A DNA stretch of 47,809 nt, taken from NCBI GenBank assembly GCA_046754465.1, contig JBHHVU010000021.1:1-47809 (forward strand), written 5' to 3'. A model generated the notes under the pieces. It had not been told where the DNA came from. It saw nothing but the letters and a program-made list of their open reading frames with translations, and searched no databases. Source of the DNA: Nitrospinaceae bacterium. GTDB taxonomy: Bacteria > Nitrospinota > Nitrospinia > Nitrospinales > VA-1. Made by a program: the position numbers and the translations under genes. Shown here one piece after another: positions 18,938 through 28,429 of the stretch. Numbering within the stretch: the stretch's first letter is position 1; each line of letters begins with the position of its first letter.

Positions 18938-19531
18938 ATGAAAATCAAGCGGATTACGCGATTTTTCCAAATGACCGCAATGATGGCCTTTCTCGTCCTC
19001 ATCGCGGGAAATGCTTTTGCTATAGAAAACAAGAGTCGTGTCGTTTCACCTTATTGGCAGTCCGACAGCACCTCCTATTCCTTCATCGCCGTGTCCCATC
19101 CCTCCCTTTCGGGAATGGCCTCACAGATCGGTCTTACGATCAATGCCATTCAGAAGGATAAATCGGCCTTCGGAACTGCGACCACCTTCACCATCACAGC
19201 AGGGAGCACCACCCGAGTTTTCATTGTCCGTACCAACCATGCCACCATCAATCCCACGAGTATTTCATCCGCGAAATTCGTCACGGGTACAACGGATTTT
19301 CAACACGGTCATGTCCGGGTCGACCCGATTGCCACGACGCCGGAGGAAAAATCAACTAGCAGTGATGGCGGCGGTTTCCGTGATGTCACGATGCTCGAGT
19401 TCTGGGGTGCGGTGGTGATCGAAACCAATACCACCGGATTTGCGATGGAATTCATCGGCGACCAGCATGACAGCGCGGCAGCGCCTACGTTGCATCCCAA
19501 TGCCGGTGTCGGCGGCGTTGCGGCCCCGTAA
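18938..19531 (+). CDS. Uncharacterised secreted beta-rich protein (paralogue A)
   Basis: AGGAG RBS; signal peptide ending AFA; shares several motifs with the next gene. Confidence 0.85.
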   Translation: MKIKRITRFFQMTAMMAFLVLIAGNAFAIENKSRVVSPYWQSDSTSYSFIAVSHPSLSGMASQIGLTINAIQKDKSAFGTATTFTITAGSTTRVFIVRTNHATINPTSISSAKFVTGTTDFQHGHVRVDPIATTPEEKSTSSDGGGFRDVTMLEFWGAVVIETNTTGFAMEFIGDQHDSAAAPTLHPNAGVGGVAAP

Positions 19532-19588
19532 ACCTGGATACGGAAAACGAACCAATGAAAATAGCTATATAGATAAGGAGAACGACCG

Positions 19589-20275
19589 ATGAGAAAACTT
19601 TTCATTTTATTCGTGCTTACCCTGTTGGGGTTTGTGGCCGTGGCCCAAACCGCCCAGGCTCAAGTATTGCAAGCGCCAAGTACTACAGACCAGGCCCGGA
19701 TTGCCATATCCCCTTATGCGCAGGCCGTGCCCAATGACAGTTATACCTTCATTGGCATCAGCCATCCCTCATTGGATACCGCGCATACCTCGATCGGGGT
19801 GGTTCTGGAAGTCCTCGACATGACGACGGTTCCCAACGATGCGGCGGGCCGTTCGGTCGCGTTTACGGTCGATGCGGGTGAAACACACCGAGTCTTTATC
19901 GTGAATCAGTCGCACGCAACGATCAATCAGTTGAATTCCGCGTTTTCCGACGCCCGCACCCACATCATCACCACCGTGGATTCGGCGCAGTTCGGAAACA
20001 TCAAGGTGGTGGGCGTCAATACGACGGCGAATAAAAAGATTTCCCGAAGTGGGTACACTCCGGGCACCCAGTCTCTAAGCCGGCTCGACAATATCTCCCA
20101 GCTGGATATGTGGGGGGTCGTGTTTATCCCCTCTAGTGGAACCGGATTTGCCATGGAATTTATTGGCGACGCTCAAGATTCCACCATCGGCGGTAACCTG
20201 ACCGGCGGAGGCGAAACCGACCGGCTGGGTCCGGAAACCGGGGTATCCACCGGCGCGGGCCGCGGCATCAACTGA
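19589..20275 (+). CDS. Uncharacterised secreted beta-rich protein (paralogue B)
   Basis: AAGGAG RBS; signal peptide ending AQA; SHPSL, RVFIV, HATIN and TGFAMEFIGD shared with paralogue A. Confidence 0.85.
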   Translation: MRKLFILFVLTLLGFVAVAQTAQAQVLQAPSTTDQARIAISPYAQAVPNDSYTFIGISHPSLDTAHTSIGVVLEVLDMTTVPNDAAGRSVAFTVDAGETHRVFIVNQSHATINQLNSAFSDARTHIITTVDSAQFGNIKVVGVNTTANKKISRSGYTPGTQSLSRLDNISQLDMWGVVFIPSSGTGFAMEFIGDAQDSTIGGNLTGGGETDRLGPETGVSTGAGRGIN

Positions 20276-20300
20276 GGTTGTTTAGATAAAAATCACCCAA

Positions 20301-20332
20301 GGGGCCAGCCAGGAAGGCTGGCCCCCTCCTTC
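20301..20332 (+). terminator. Stem-loop after the paralogue pair (terminator or mRNA-stabilising hairpin)
   Basis: GGGGCCAGCC-AGGAA-GGCTGGCCCC perfect 10-bp stem; pyrimidine tail but no clean U-run. Confidence 0.6.
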
Positions 20333-20355
20333 TCCTTCCGTCAAGGGATTTGACT

Positions 20356-21201
20356 ATGAGAACTTCCATTTTGGCATTGGCCCTGGTTTTCTCTCTTACC
20401 GCCTGCACGTCCGGGGAAGTCCCAATCAACCCCGCCGAGTCCGACGCCCATTACCAGCAGGCCCTGGAACTCGCCAGACACTCCCTGTACCAAAACTCAC
20501 TGCAGGAATTCGACCTCGCGCTCAAACACAATCCCAATAATTTCAAGGTATACCGGAAAAAGGGATTGGTTCATTTCGGACTGAAACAATACGCCGAGGC
20601 CAAGGCCGATTTCCAACAGGCGGTTGCCCGGGAGCCGGATAACGTTCAGGCCCATATCAACCTGGGAATGGTTTATTATGTGACCGGGGACAAGGACAAG
20701 GCCCGGAATCTGTGGGAGCGTGCCATTCTCATCCGTGAAGGAGACGACGATTCGAAGGCGTATAACAATATCGCCAATATCTACAAGGAAGAAAAAAATT
20801 ACGGCAAAGCCATCGAATATTACCGGCAGGCGATTGCTCAAAAACCAGCCAATTCCACCTATCTGAACAACCTGGCGGATAGCTACCGCCTGAAAGGGGA
20901 CTCTCAACGTGCCGAAGAGATTCTGAGGAAATCCCTTTCCATCGACTCCAAGGGAATGCTCACCCACTTCAACCTGGGCATGCTTTTCATGGACCAGAAA
21001 CAATTTGAAAAGGCCGCGGACTCGTTCCGCCAATCTCTTAAGGTCAATCCCTATTACACGGAAGCTTACCTGCAGCTGGCGAAGACCCGTTTGGCGAAAA
21101 ACGAAAAGAAAGCGGCCTTGGCTTGGATCGAACAGGCGCTTAAGATTGAACCCTCCAACCCGGCCTATCAAGAGTTTTACTTGAAAGTGAAACCCTCCTG
21201 A
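20356..21201 (+). CDS. TPR lipoprotein
   Basis: Lipobox LTAC; multiple TPRs (AHINLGMVYY, AYNNIANIY, THFNLGMLF). Confidence 0.85.
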   Translation: MRTSILALALVFSLTACTSGEVPINPAESDAHYQQALELARHSLYQNSLQEFDLALKHNPNNFKVYRKKGLVHFGLKQYAEAKADFQQAVAREPDNVQAHINLGMVYYVTGDKDKARNLWERAILIREGDDDSKAYNNIANIYKEEKNYGKAIEYYRQAIAQKPANSTYLNNLADSYRLKGDSQRAEEILRKSLSIDSKGMLTHFNLGMLFMDQKQFEKAADSFRQSLKVNPYYTEAYLQLAKTRLAKNEKKAALAWIEQALKIEPSNPAYQEFYLKVKPS

Positions 21202-21216
21202 GCGGGACTCTGAAAA

Positions 21217-22302
21217 TTGGCACTGCCTCGGATAAACCGGCCTCCCCTTTCCCTGCTCCATTTTTTGAAAGCCCGGAAACGAGAATGGGCGTTATCCATT
21301 TTCTCCACGGCCGCCACCCTCCTGTTTTGCCTCGGCCTGATTGAAATTTATTTCTGGAACAAGAATTCCGATGCCTGGGTGGCCCCCCATACCGTCTTCG
21401 ACGCCGAGCGGGGCTGGTCCAATGCCGTCAATGCCAGAACCGTTCATGAGGGCATCACCTACACCACCAATTCCTTGGGTTTCCGTTCCGCGGAGATCAA
21501 TCCGGCCAAGGAACATATACTGATTCTCGGGGACTCGGTGGCTTATGGCGCGGGGGTCAACGATGACGAAAACGTGTCCTATTATCTCAACCAAAGAATG
21601 CCCGGCTACCAGGTACTGAATCTTGCCGTCATGGGTTATGGGATCGGCCAGTATTATCTCACGCTTAAAAAATTTATCCGCCAGACCCGACCCAGGCACG
21701 TCGTGGTGATCCTTTATACCGTCAACGATCTAGCCGATACGAGAAGCGACCAGATGTTCGGCGCCAGCAAACCTTTGTTCGTGATTGATAACGGAAGATT
21801 GACCCCTATCCGGAAAACGGTTTCCCGATTTTCATGCATGAATCTGATTTCCAAAAGCTGGACACTCCGGCATTTTTCTCCCGAAAAATTGAGGAAACGG
21901 TTTTGTGATTCCACGGCCTGGGATAAATCCGCTGCATGGGCGCTCGTTTTCGATTTACTGGAAAAAATTCACGATCTCGCTTTGCAGCATGGCGCCCGGC
22001 CCCTGTTTGTTTTGTCCCCCTCGTTGATGGGTGTGAAATGGACGGCATGCCAGCTTCAGGGCAACCCGGGTTCCTGCCGAAATGTGGATCAGGGGTACAG
22101 CGGGTCTTACCAATCGTTCCTCAATCGTTTCAGGAAGAGCCGTTTCCCTTACCTCGATTATAATAATGTCCTCCTTGCGCTCTCGCAAAAAGGGGATATC
22201 GGCCGGCTTTATAATAAAGGGGGAAAAGACATCCACCACTATTCCCCACCGGGAAACAGGGTCCTCGCGGATACTATTGCGGGTTATCTGCAAGCTCCCT
22301 GA
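21217..22302 (+). CDS. Membrane-anchored SGNH/GDSL hydrolase-family protein
   Basis: N-terminal TM; TNSLGFR, ILGDSVAYG, NLAVMGYG, NDL and DIHHY blocks. Confidence 0.82.
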   Translation: MALPRINRPPLSLLHFLKARKREWALSIFSTAATLLFCLGLIEIYFWNKNSDAWVAPHTVFDAERGWSNAVNARTVHEGITYTTNSLGFRSAEINPAKEHILILGDSVAYGAGVNDDENVSYYLNQRMPGYQVLNLAVMGYGIGQYYLTLKKFIRQTRPRHVVVILYTVNDLADTRSDQMFGASKPLFVIDNGRLTPIRKTVSRFSCMNLISKSWTLRHFSPEKLRKRFCDSTAWDKSAAWALVFDLLEKIHDLALQHGARPLFVLSPSLMGVKWTACQLQGNPGSCRNVDQGYSGSYQSFLNRFRKSRFPYLDYNNVLLALSQKGDIGRLYNKGGKDIHHYSPPGNRVLADTIAGYLQAP

Positions 22303-22329
22303 TCTCAACCTTTTCTCCGGAAGTCATTT

Positions 22330-23691
22330 TTGAAAAATTTGAATGCACATTCTTTCTCCCCTAAAACAAGTTTGATCCGTGCCGGGGTTCTCTTGATGAT
22401 GGCCGGAATGCTTTGGGCCGGCTGTGAATCCACCGGGGAGCGGGGAGGGAAAAAGGATCGAGAGTATTTCGAGGCCGTTCAAAACGATCCCGGCGACGCG
22501 GAGGCCCGGTTCAATCTGGGTTTGACTTATGAGGCGTTGGGAAATATCGAAGACGCGAGGAAAGAATTTCAAAAAACCCTCGAACTCAACCCCCTGCATG
22601 AGAGAGCTCATTTTTCCCTGGCGGCCCTGAATTTCAGGGCCAGGGACTATGAGGCCGCCCTGGAAGAGTACCGGCGGGTGACCCGAATCGATCCCGCATC
22701 CGCCGAGGCGCACAGTAACATCGGAGCCCTGTACCACCTGACGGGCAGGCACCCGAAGGAGATCGCGGAATATGAGGAAGCGGTGCGGTTGAAACCGGAT
22801 TTCGCGAATGCTCACTTCAACTTAAGCGTTGCGTATGATGAAGCGGACCAGGGAAAATCCGCTGTCCGCCACATGAAGATCGCGGAACAATTGCTCCAGG
22901 AAATAAAGCGGGGTGAAGAAAACCGGGGAATGCTTCGCCTGGCCCGGGAAAATTTGCAGGCTTACGCGAAAAAATACAACCTCCCGCCGGCGAACCTTGA
23001 AGGCAATATTTCCTCTCCCGGGGCGTTTACCGTCTCCGCCAAAATTTTCTCATTCAAAAAAGTGATCGAAAAAAATCCCGGGAATATCATGGCCCGGTTC
23101 AAGCTCGGGAGCATTTACTATCATCAAGGGCGTTACGAGGAGGCGATTCGGGAATTTCAGGAAGTCACGCGTTTATACAAGAACGCCGTCACCGCCTATA
23201 ACAATCTGGCCGGGATTTACATAGAAATGAACCGGTATCAGGATGCGATCCATTCCTTGAATCAGGCCCTGGAGATCAACCCAGGTTTTACGGTGGTTCT
23301 CATCAATTTGGGAAAAACCTATCAATTGGCGGGGCGGTGGCAGGAAGCTGGGAACGCCCTGGAAAAAGCCTTGCGAATTCAACCCGCCAACACGGACCTC
23401 CTGTTCGGTCTGGCCTCCCTCAACTTCAAACGGGAGCGGTTTCAAGATTCCGTGGATGTGTTGAACAGAATTTTGCGATTGGAACCCGGCCACGCCGATG
23501 CCCATTTCGCGATGTCCCTCGCCTATGACAAACTCGGCCAGGGGGAGCAGGCCATCGAACACGCCAAAATCGCGGAAAAATATTTCACTGACCGCCACAA
23601 CTCCTTTATGATGGATCAATGTAAAAAGACTCTCGCACTTTTTTATAAACGATACGGATCCCTGTCTTGGAGAGCATCCAGGATCCCTTGA
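22330..23691 (+). CDS. TPR protein, probable lipoprotein
   Basis: WAGC lipobox; two TPR arrays, each ending in a similar AHF..S.AYD...QG..A..H.KIAE motif. Confidence 0.85.
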   Translation: MKNLNAHSFSPKTSLIRAGVLLMMAGMLWAGCESTGERGGKKDREYFEAVQNDPGDAEARFNLGLTYEALGNIEDARKEFQKTLELNPLHERAHFSLAALNFRARDYEAALEEYRRVTRIDPASAEAHSNIGALYHLTGRHPKEIAEYEEAVRLKPDFANAHFNLSVAYDEADQGKSAVRHMKIAEQLLQEIKRGEENRGMLRLARENLQAYAKKYNLPPANLEGNISSPGAFTVSAKIFSFKKVIEKNPGNIMARFKLGSIYYHQGRYEEAIREFQEVTRLYKNAVTAYNNLAGIYIEMNRYQDAIHSLNQALEINPGFTVVLINLGKTYQLAGRWQEAGNALEKALRIQPANTDLLFGLASLNFKRERFQDSVDVLNRILRLEPGHADAHFAMSLAYDKLGQGEQAIEHAKIAEKYFTDRHNSFMMDQCKKTLALFYKRYGSLSWRASRIP

Positions 23692-23743
23692 TTTCCAGGT
23701 GGCTGCTCTATGGGCGGGCATCCTTTCACGGCGTGTGACGGAA

Positions 23744-24238
23744 ATGAACGAAAAGGTGGAAGAAGGAAGGACCGTCCCCGCTCCCGATTCCCACCCGGCC
23801 GAAATCACCAAGGAGGAATTGAAGGCCAGGATTCGGGACCATGCGATTTGGCTTGATTCCGGGGGCCGGGAAGGCCGGGCCGCCGATTTCAAGGGTGCCC
23901 GGCTCAAGGGGGCCGTGTTGATCGGAGCGCGCCTCAAGGAAGCGGATTTCGAGCACGCCTACCTTTATGGAGCGTATCTAAAAAGGGCCGATCTAGAGGG
24001 AGCCAACCTCAAGGGCGCCAACCTGCGCGGAGCCAACCTGCGTTGGGCCAACCTGAAGCACGCCGACCTCCAGGGAGCCAACCTGGTCCGGGCCGACCTG
24101 CAACACGCCCGCCTCGAAAACACCAACCTGCATGGAGCCAATCTGAAAATGACGGAGGGCCTGGTTCGGGAACAGATCGGCCAGGCTCGTTGCGACGAGA
24201 CCACCGTGGTGCCGGATTACTTGAATAGCCCGGATTGA
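23744..24238 (+). CDS. Pentapeptide repeat protein
   Basis: Continuous A(D/N)LxG repeats (ADLEG ANLKG ANLRG ANLRW). Start placed at ATG 23744. Confidence 0.9.
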   Translation: MNEKVEEGRTVPAPDSHPAEITKEELKARIRDHAIWLDSGGREGRAADFKGARLKGAVLIGARLKEADFEHAYLYGAYLKRADLEGANLKGANLRGANLRWANLKHADLQGANLVRADLQHARLENTNLHGANLKMTEGLVREQIGQARCDETTVVPDYLNSPD

Positions 24239-24286
24239 TAAAAGGATGGAGGCGGGGCCGGGAAGGAAAAGAAAAATCCCCCGGTT

Positions 24287-25294
24287 TTACTGAAAAATGA
24301 CTTTCGCCGATTGAATCATGTTTTTTAAACTCGATCCGGCGTCTTCCACCGCGGTGGCCTCATAGCCGCAGTGAGCGGTGCAGTCGGCGCATTGCGGGTT
24401 GTTGCGGTGGCCGTAGTTCTCCCACTCGGTGGTTTCCATGAGTTCCTGAAACGTTTCCGCATAGCCATCGTCCAGAAGATAGCAGGGTTTTTGCCAGCCG
24501 AGGACCGAGTAATTTGGGTTGCCCCAGGGGGTGCAGTCATAATCCCGTTTTCCCCGCAGAAACTCGAGGTAAAGGGGGGAATGGTTCAAGACCCAGCGGC
24601 CGTTTTGGTTTTTTTCCAGCAGCTCGTTGAAAAACTCAAAGGTCCGTTTCCTGCCGAAAAAATGCTCCTGATCGGGAGCATCCGGATACCTGAAACCCGA
24701 GGCGAGGGTGACCCCATCCACCCCCAGGGGAGTCACGAAGTCCAGAAATTTTTCCGCTTTTTCAACAGTGAAGCCGTCGAAAAACGTGGTGGCGCTGGTG
24801 ACGCGGTAGCCCATCGACTTGGCCTTGCGGATCGCCTCGGTGGCGATCTGGAAGGTGCCTTTTTGCGCCACAATGTGGTCGTGGTCCTCTTCCAGTCCGT
24901 CCAGGTGGATCGAGAGAGTCAGAAGAGGCGACACCGGGAATTTACCAAGAAAATTGTTGAGGAGAAGCGCGTTGGTGCACAGGTAAACATATCGCCCCTG
25001 ATCGAGGAACCCTTCCACGATCTCCTGAATCTGGGGATGCATGAGGGGTTCCCCACCGGCGATGGAAACAACCGGGGCTCCACATTCCTCCGCCGCCCGC
25101 AAACATTCCTCCGGGCTGAGGTTTTTCTTCAAGATCTCGTTGGGTTTTTGAATTTTACCGCAACCGATGCACTCCAGGTTACAGCGAAACAGCGGTTCCA
25201 GCATCAGCACCAGCGGAAAGCGCTTGCGTCTTTTCAGTTTCTGCCTGAATATATAAAAACCGATTTTCACGGCCTGCCGGAGCGGTATCGCCAT
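24287..25294 (-). CDS. hpnH: Adenosyl-hopene transferase (hopanoid radical SAM)
   Basis: FPLVLMLEPLFRCNLECIGCGKI, VSIAGGEPL, CTPWGNP, GWQKPCYLL, CADCTAHCGYEATAV. Confidence 0.93.
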   Translation of the reverse strand: MAIPLRQAVKIGFYIFRQKLKRRKRFPLVLMLEPLFRCNLECIGCGKIQKPNEILKKNLSPEECLRAAEECGAPVVSIAGGEPLMHPQIQEIVEGFLDQGRYVYLCTNALLLNNFLGKFPVSPLLTLSIHLDGLEEDHDHIVAQKGTFQIATEAIRKAKSMGYRVTSATTFFDGFTVEKAEKFLDFVTPLGVDGVTLASGFRYPDAPDQEHFFGRKRTFEFFNELLEKNQNGRWVLNHSPLYLEFLRGKRDYDCTPWGNPNYSVLGWQKPCYLLDDGYAETFQELMETTEWENYGHRNNPQCADCTAHCGYEATAVEDAGSSLKNMIQSAKVIFQ

Positions 25295-25546
25295 GGAATC
25301 ATAATCTCCTGATGGAGGCTCGGGGAAAAAACGTTTTTCCCTGGAATGCGTTGGAAATTATATGAGAGGGGTAAATCCCAATCCCTCAAATCCGCCGCAA
25401 GGGTTTAGGATTCAATATTATATTTGAGTTTTGCTATAGAACAAGGAATTTATCATGCGCTCGGCCAACCCTCCTCAACCGTCAAGGCCATACGCGCCCC
25501 GTTTCAAAGCGCTGGGAATATTCCATGCGGGTCAAAGGAAACATCC

Positions 25547-25744
25547 TTGAGAAAAATCTTCCTTCTTCTTTTCATTATATTACTGGTCCTGGCAATCGAT
25601 GGCGCCTTGACTTACGACATTCTCGATTACCCGGCCCATTTCGTGGGGGGGTGGCTTGGTCCGCTCCTGGTGCTGGTGATCTTTTTCACCATCGCCGCAG
25701 TGGAATCGGTCAAAAAAAACGAAAAGAGAAACACCCGGAGGTGA
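25547..25744 (+). CDS. Small two-TM membrane protein
   Basis: TTG start with AAAGGA upstream; two hydrophobic helices and a basic tail. Confidence 0.6.
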   Translation: MRKIFLLLFIILLVLAIDGALTYDILDYPAHFVGGWLGPLLVLVIFFTIAAVESVKKNEKRNTRR

Positions 25745-25751
25745 TTGGGGG

Positions 25752-27071
25752 TCAGGCTTTGAATCTTGCAATTTTGTCCCGTGGTTTGACGGAAGGAGCG
25801 GCTTTTTGAATCCGGCTCAGCAAGGCAAAGGGTTCCACCGGTCCTTCCGAGGGTATCCACACCCTCCCGTTTCCCCCGTGCGCGGTGGAAATGGTTTCCC
25901 CTTTATGGTCTTCCATGGCTTTGATCCGGAACCGGTATTGTCTGCGGGGTGAGATGTATTCCACCTCATCCCCAGGCTCCATCCGGTTTTTAACCTCCAC
26001 CTCCATCATTCCATTGGCCTTCTGGCCAAGGATCTGTCCTCCAAAGATTTGCGGCAGAACCTGTTCCTGTGCGGAATCGAACCGCTCGGTTTCATGGTTT
26101 GCGTTGCAGATGAGAAAGGCGGATGTGAAGCCCCGGTTGGCGGTTTTGTTGACCTCTTCCAAAAGCGTTGGGTCGAAAGGCCGGTGGCGTTCCAGGTCGT
26201 TCAGGGCCCGCCGGTAGGCTTTCGTGACCAGGGAAAGATAATAGACGGATTTGGACCGGCCCTCGATTTTGAAGGACATCACCCCGGCCTTTTGGAGTTC
26301 CCCAAGAAACTCGATCGCTCGCAGGTCCTTGGAGTTCATGATATAGGTACCATGTTCGTCCTCGTCGACCGGCATCAACTCGCCCGGCCGCTGGGTCTCC
26401 TCGATGAAATAACCCCCTTCCCCGGCAGGCCCGGAGCGGGGGACGGGCTCCCCGTTCTCCCGGTACAATGAATATTCCCACCGGCAGCTGTTGGTGCAGG
26501 TGCCCTGGTTGGCATCCCGGTGATTGAAATAGTTGGAAAGAAGGCATCGACCCGAATAGGCGATGCAGATGGATCCGTGCACGAACGATTCCAGCTCCAT
26601 GCCGGGGACAGAGGCATGGATCTCTCGAATTTCCGCCAGCGAGAGTTCCCGGGAAAGAATGGTCCGTTTCACCCCCAGGTCGAACCAGAACTCCACGGAG
26701 GGCCAGTTGATCGTGTTGGTCTGCACCGAGAGGTGGACCGGGATTTGGGGGAATTCCTTGAGCACAAAGCGGATCAACCCGGGATCGGACATGATGAATC
26801 CGTCCGGTTCCGCCTCGGCGTAAAAGGCCAGGGATTTTTTGAACGATTCGATTTTCCGGTTCGGCGGAAGAATGTTGGCGGTGATATAAATTTTTTTTCC
26901 CAACCGGTGGGTGAAATCGATCGCCTCGATGAGGGAAGAATCCCGGAACCGGTTTTCCCGGGCGCGCAGGGAAAATTTGGGAATGCCCGCGTAGACCGCA
27001 TCGGCGCCGTAGGCGAAGGCATATCGCAATTTTTCCGGACTGCCCGCGGGGGCCAGAAGTTCGTGTGTCAT
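25752..27071 (-). CDS. trhP: U32 family tRNA 5-hydroxyuridine modification protein (TrhP/YegQ-like)
   Basis: ELLAPAG, GADAVYAG, HLSVQ, FVHGSICIAYSGRCLLS, NQGTCTNSCRW, EDEHGTYIMNSKDL, KIEGR. Confidence 0.85.
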   Translation of the reverse strand: MTHELLAPAGSPEKLRYAFAYGADAVYAGIPKFSLRARENRFRDSSLIEAIDFTHRLGKKIYITANILPPNRKIESFKKSLAFYAEAEPDGFIMSDPGLIRFVLKEFPQIPVHLSVQTNTINWPSVEFWFDLGVKRTILSRELSLAEIREIHASVPGMELESFVHGSICIAYSGRCLLSNYFNHRDANQGTCTNSCRWEYSLYRENGEPVPRSGPAGEGGYFIEETQRPGELMPVDEDEHGTYIMNSKDLRAIEFLGELQKAGVMSFKIEGRSKSVYYLSLVTKAYRRALNDLERHRPFDPTLLEEVNKTANRGFTSAFLICNANHETERFDSAQEQVLPQIFGGQILGQKANGMMEVEVKNRMEPGDEVEYISPRRQYRFRIKAMEDHKGETISTAHGGNGRVWIPSEGPVEPFALLSRIQKAAPSVKPRDKIARFKA

Positions 27072-27132
27072 ATCGGGTGTTTCCAGGCCGCGGACCCTGA
27101 TTTTAAGGTCCCGCCAAGAATTGAAAAAGAAT

Positions 27133-27594
27133 TCAGGACCTGCGGTAAGTGCCGGTCAATTGGCCCTGGTCAAGGACATGCCCTTCCATGGCTTTCAGGA
27201 GTTGCTTTTTGGTGGCTCCCGGCTGCAGGCCGGGATCTTGGTCCAGCGCATAAATCTTGAAAAAATACCGGTGGGTGCCACCAGGCGGGCAGGGCCCCCC
27301 ATAACCGATTCTTCGGAAGTCGTTTGTTCCCTGCAAGGCGCCGTTGGAAATCTTCTTCAGCGGCGGAACTTTTTCCGGAAGCTGCCTGAGGGTTCCCGGC
27401 AAATTGTAGAGGACCCAGTGCACCCACGTTCCCATCGGCGCGTCGGGGTCATCGGCAATCAACGCCAGGCTGCGGGTCTTATCGGGGACCCCACTCCATG
27501 CCAGGGGAGGAGAAATATCCGCCCCATCGCAAGTATAAATTTTCGGGATGGGGCCTCCTTCCTTGAAGGCCTTGCTGGCCAACCGGATCGTCAT
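27133..27594 (-). CDS. YbhB/YbcL (PEBP) family protein
   Basis: [42 protein letters not shown]. Confidence 0.93.
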   Translation of the reverse strand: MTIRLASKAFKEGGPIPKIYTCDGADISPPLAWSGVPDKTRSLALIADDPDAPMGTWVHWVLYNLPGTLRQLPEKVPPLKKISNGALQGTNDFRRIGYGGPCPPGGTHRYFFKIYALDQDPGLQPGATKKQLLKAMEGHVLDQGQLTGTYRRS

Positions 27595-27781
27595 GGAATG
27601 TCTCCCGTTCGCGCCGATGATTTACGGATACGATAAAATCCTGTGGAATCATCGGAACTTTACACCATGGAAACCTCCCACCGCAATACATTTCGGATGA
27701 AGAGAGAGTGGACTCCAGGAGGCCTGGCGCGGGAATGGATGGGGCGGGTGGCGGGGAGGCGTGAAAGGGCTTTTTTTACAG

Positions 27782-28159
27782 TTAGGATGAGGTGGATTCG
27801 TTTTTGGCTTGTAAATCCTCCACCAGTTTTAGCGTGGCGCGCAGGCGCTTGGCCAGCACTTTCAGGATGGGCATCAAGGACTGAGGATTGTTCTTGGCAA
27901 GGTTGGAAAAGGTTTCTTGGGTGAGAACCGTTATGGTGCAATCTTCGAGGGCGACCACGGTGCAGGAGCGGGGAAGGCCATCGATGAGCCCCATTTCGCC
28001 GAATATCTCATTCTCTTTCAGAGTGCCAATGATCTGTTTTTCCCCGGCAGGGTTCAATTTGGAAACTTCCACCCGGCCCGATTCGATGACATAGGCGCCG
28101 TCACTGGCCATTCCCTCGTGAATGATTTCCTCACCCTGTTTGTAAAAAACGGTTTTCAA
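27782..28159 (-). CDS. Stand-alone cyclic-nucleotide-binding domain protein
   Basis: YVIESGRV, EIFGEMGLIDGLPRSCTV. Confidence 0.88.
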   Translation of the reverse strand: MKTVFYKQGEEIIHEGMASDGAYVIESGRVEVSKLNPAGEKQIIGTLKENEIFGEMGLIDGLPRSCTVVALEDCTITVLTQETFSNLAKNNPQSLMPILKVLAKRLRATLKLVEDLQAKNESTSS

Positions 28160-28429
28160 TTTAATCGGTCCTTACCCTTATAATTGAAGGAAACGAAACC
28201 CTCCGGGAAGGGTCCGGTCCTGGGGAGGCATCGGTCCTCCGTAAGGAATGAAACCGGAGAATTCGCTCCTCCTTTATAGAATAAAGGATTTTTAAGAATT
28301 TGAAAATTAAAAATAAGGATACCCCCGGGTAAGGAGCCCCCGTAGAGGCGTCGGCCCGCCTGGCAACGGGTTTCCTGCCAGGAGGTCGAGGTTGTTATCG
28401 GAAACAATATTCATGAAGGAGGGCCGGTC

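Noticed and set aside
23860..24150. 15-bp periodic DNA repeats resembling an array
   Set aside because: Fully explained by pentapeptide-repeat coding; no CRISPR repeat-spacer structure.
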